From contig CM055977.1 in assembly GCA_029531755.1 (NCBI GenBank), forward strand, positions 30,430,229 to 30,494,228: DNA of 64,000 nt, in the 5' to 3' direction. This document shows positions 63,480-64,000 of this stretch, one piece after another. Position 1 is the first letter of the stretch; each line of letters starts with the position of its first letter. The DNA is from Holothuria leucospilota (lineage: Eukaryota). The notes under the pieces were generated by a model. That model did not search any database. It saw only the letters and a list, made by a program, of their open reading frames with translations, and was not told the DNA's origin. Position numbers and translations under genes: made by a program.

Positions 63480-64000
63480 ATGTCTTTACTAATTGATACA
63501 GTAAACCTTCCAAAATGCTAATTCAGTTCCTTTCCAAACTTTAAGTCTATAGGCATATTACGATCATCCTTTGGCTCCATATGTAATTGCAACCCCCAAA
63601 ACAGAAACATTTTGCTTCAACTCACCAAACACCTCACGTAGTATGTCATGACGTATTTTTTTTTTCTTATCTGAGTTTTATTTATCACGTTGCCATTATT
63701 TTTTGTCTTCAATTGCTTTTTGCTTTTCTTTCTATGTTTGATTCTTGTATCAGCATGAAATTCTCTTTATGATTTCTTAAACGCTCTGACACTATTTTGG
63801 AATACACATATCCCTTGCATAGCAGATAAAGCATGAGACTTACTTAAGTCAGGTAAAAATTGACAAATTGTTATAAACAATCTCCAAATCTGTAAAACTA
63901 AGCATTTTCTGTACTCTTTGAATATTATCTCTTGATTGACTTCTTTCAGCTTTTGGTTTCTTCTAAATGTACCCCGATATCTCTCCGTGTACTTTGGCTT
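63480..64000 (+). repeat. ~480-bp direct repeat, copy 2 (runs to window end)
   Basis: See copy 1. Confidence 0.7.

Overview
This window is a repeat-rich, AT-biased metazoan nuclear region, most likely invertebrate; I cannot name the organism. It is not prokaryotic: the bacterial-style ORF track is mostly noise here.

Three host genes are recognisable as spliced exons with canonical GT/AG borders:
- UBLCP1 on the minus strand, three 5' coding exons. Exon 1 ends at 34482 and intron 1 is 12.4 kb, packed with transposons and satellites.
- EXOC4/Sec8 on the plus strand, four N-terminal coding exons at 45743-50974.
- An ADAR-family deaminase-domain gene segment on the plus strand, four 3' exons at 51533-55193 ending in a stop codon.

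The ADAR exons lie directly downstream of the EXOC4 N-terminal exons on the same strand. I could not find the upstream HAE/dsRBD exons.

Mobile elements make up most of the rest:
- two CR1-like APE+RT LINEs on the minus strand, plus several LINE 3' tails;
- a Penelope-like element at 38.6-41.5 kb (RT plus GIY-YIG ORF on the minus strand) flanked by inverted pLTR-like repeats that each carry a type-I hammerhead ribozyme motif with a minimal helix III and a palindromic loop;
- a second, orphan GIY-YIG fragment;
- a hAT-like MITE family (TIR CA[A/G]GGGTGGCGCC) with two intact copies, each with a perfect 8-bp TSD;
- a second hAT-like non-autonomous family (TIR CAGGGGCGGAT) with three copies, one a 3.9-kb insertion into a satellite unit;
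- tRNA-derived SINE-like copies associated with (TTAG)n;
- several foldback/MITE-like hairpins.

Tandem repeats include a ~148-bp satellite whose every unit carries a perfect DR1 motif (AGGTCAAAGGTCA), plus ~130-bp, ~190-bp and ~300-bp satellites. Microsatellites include (ATTT)~68, (TA)n, (TG)n and (GAG)n, and there are many 12-25-nt G or C homopolymer tracts.

None of this was checked against a database; all homology calls are from reading the translations.
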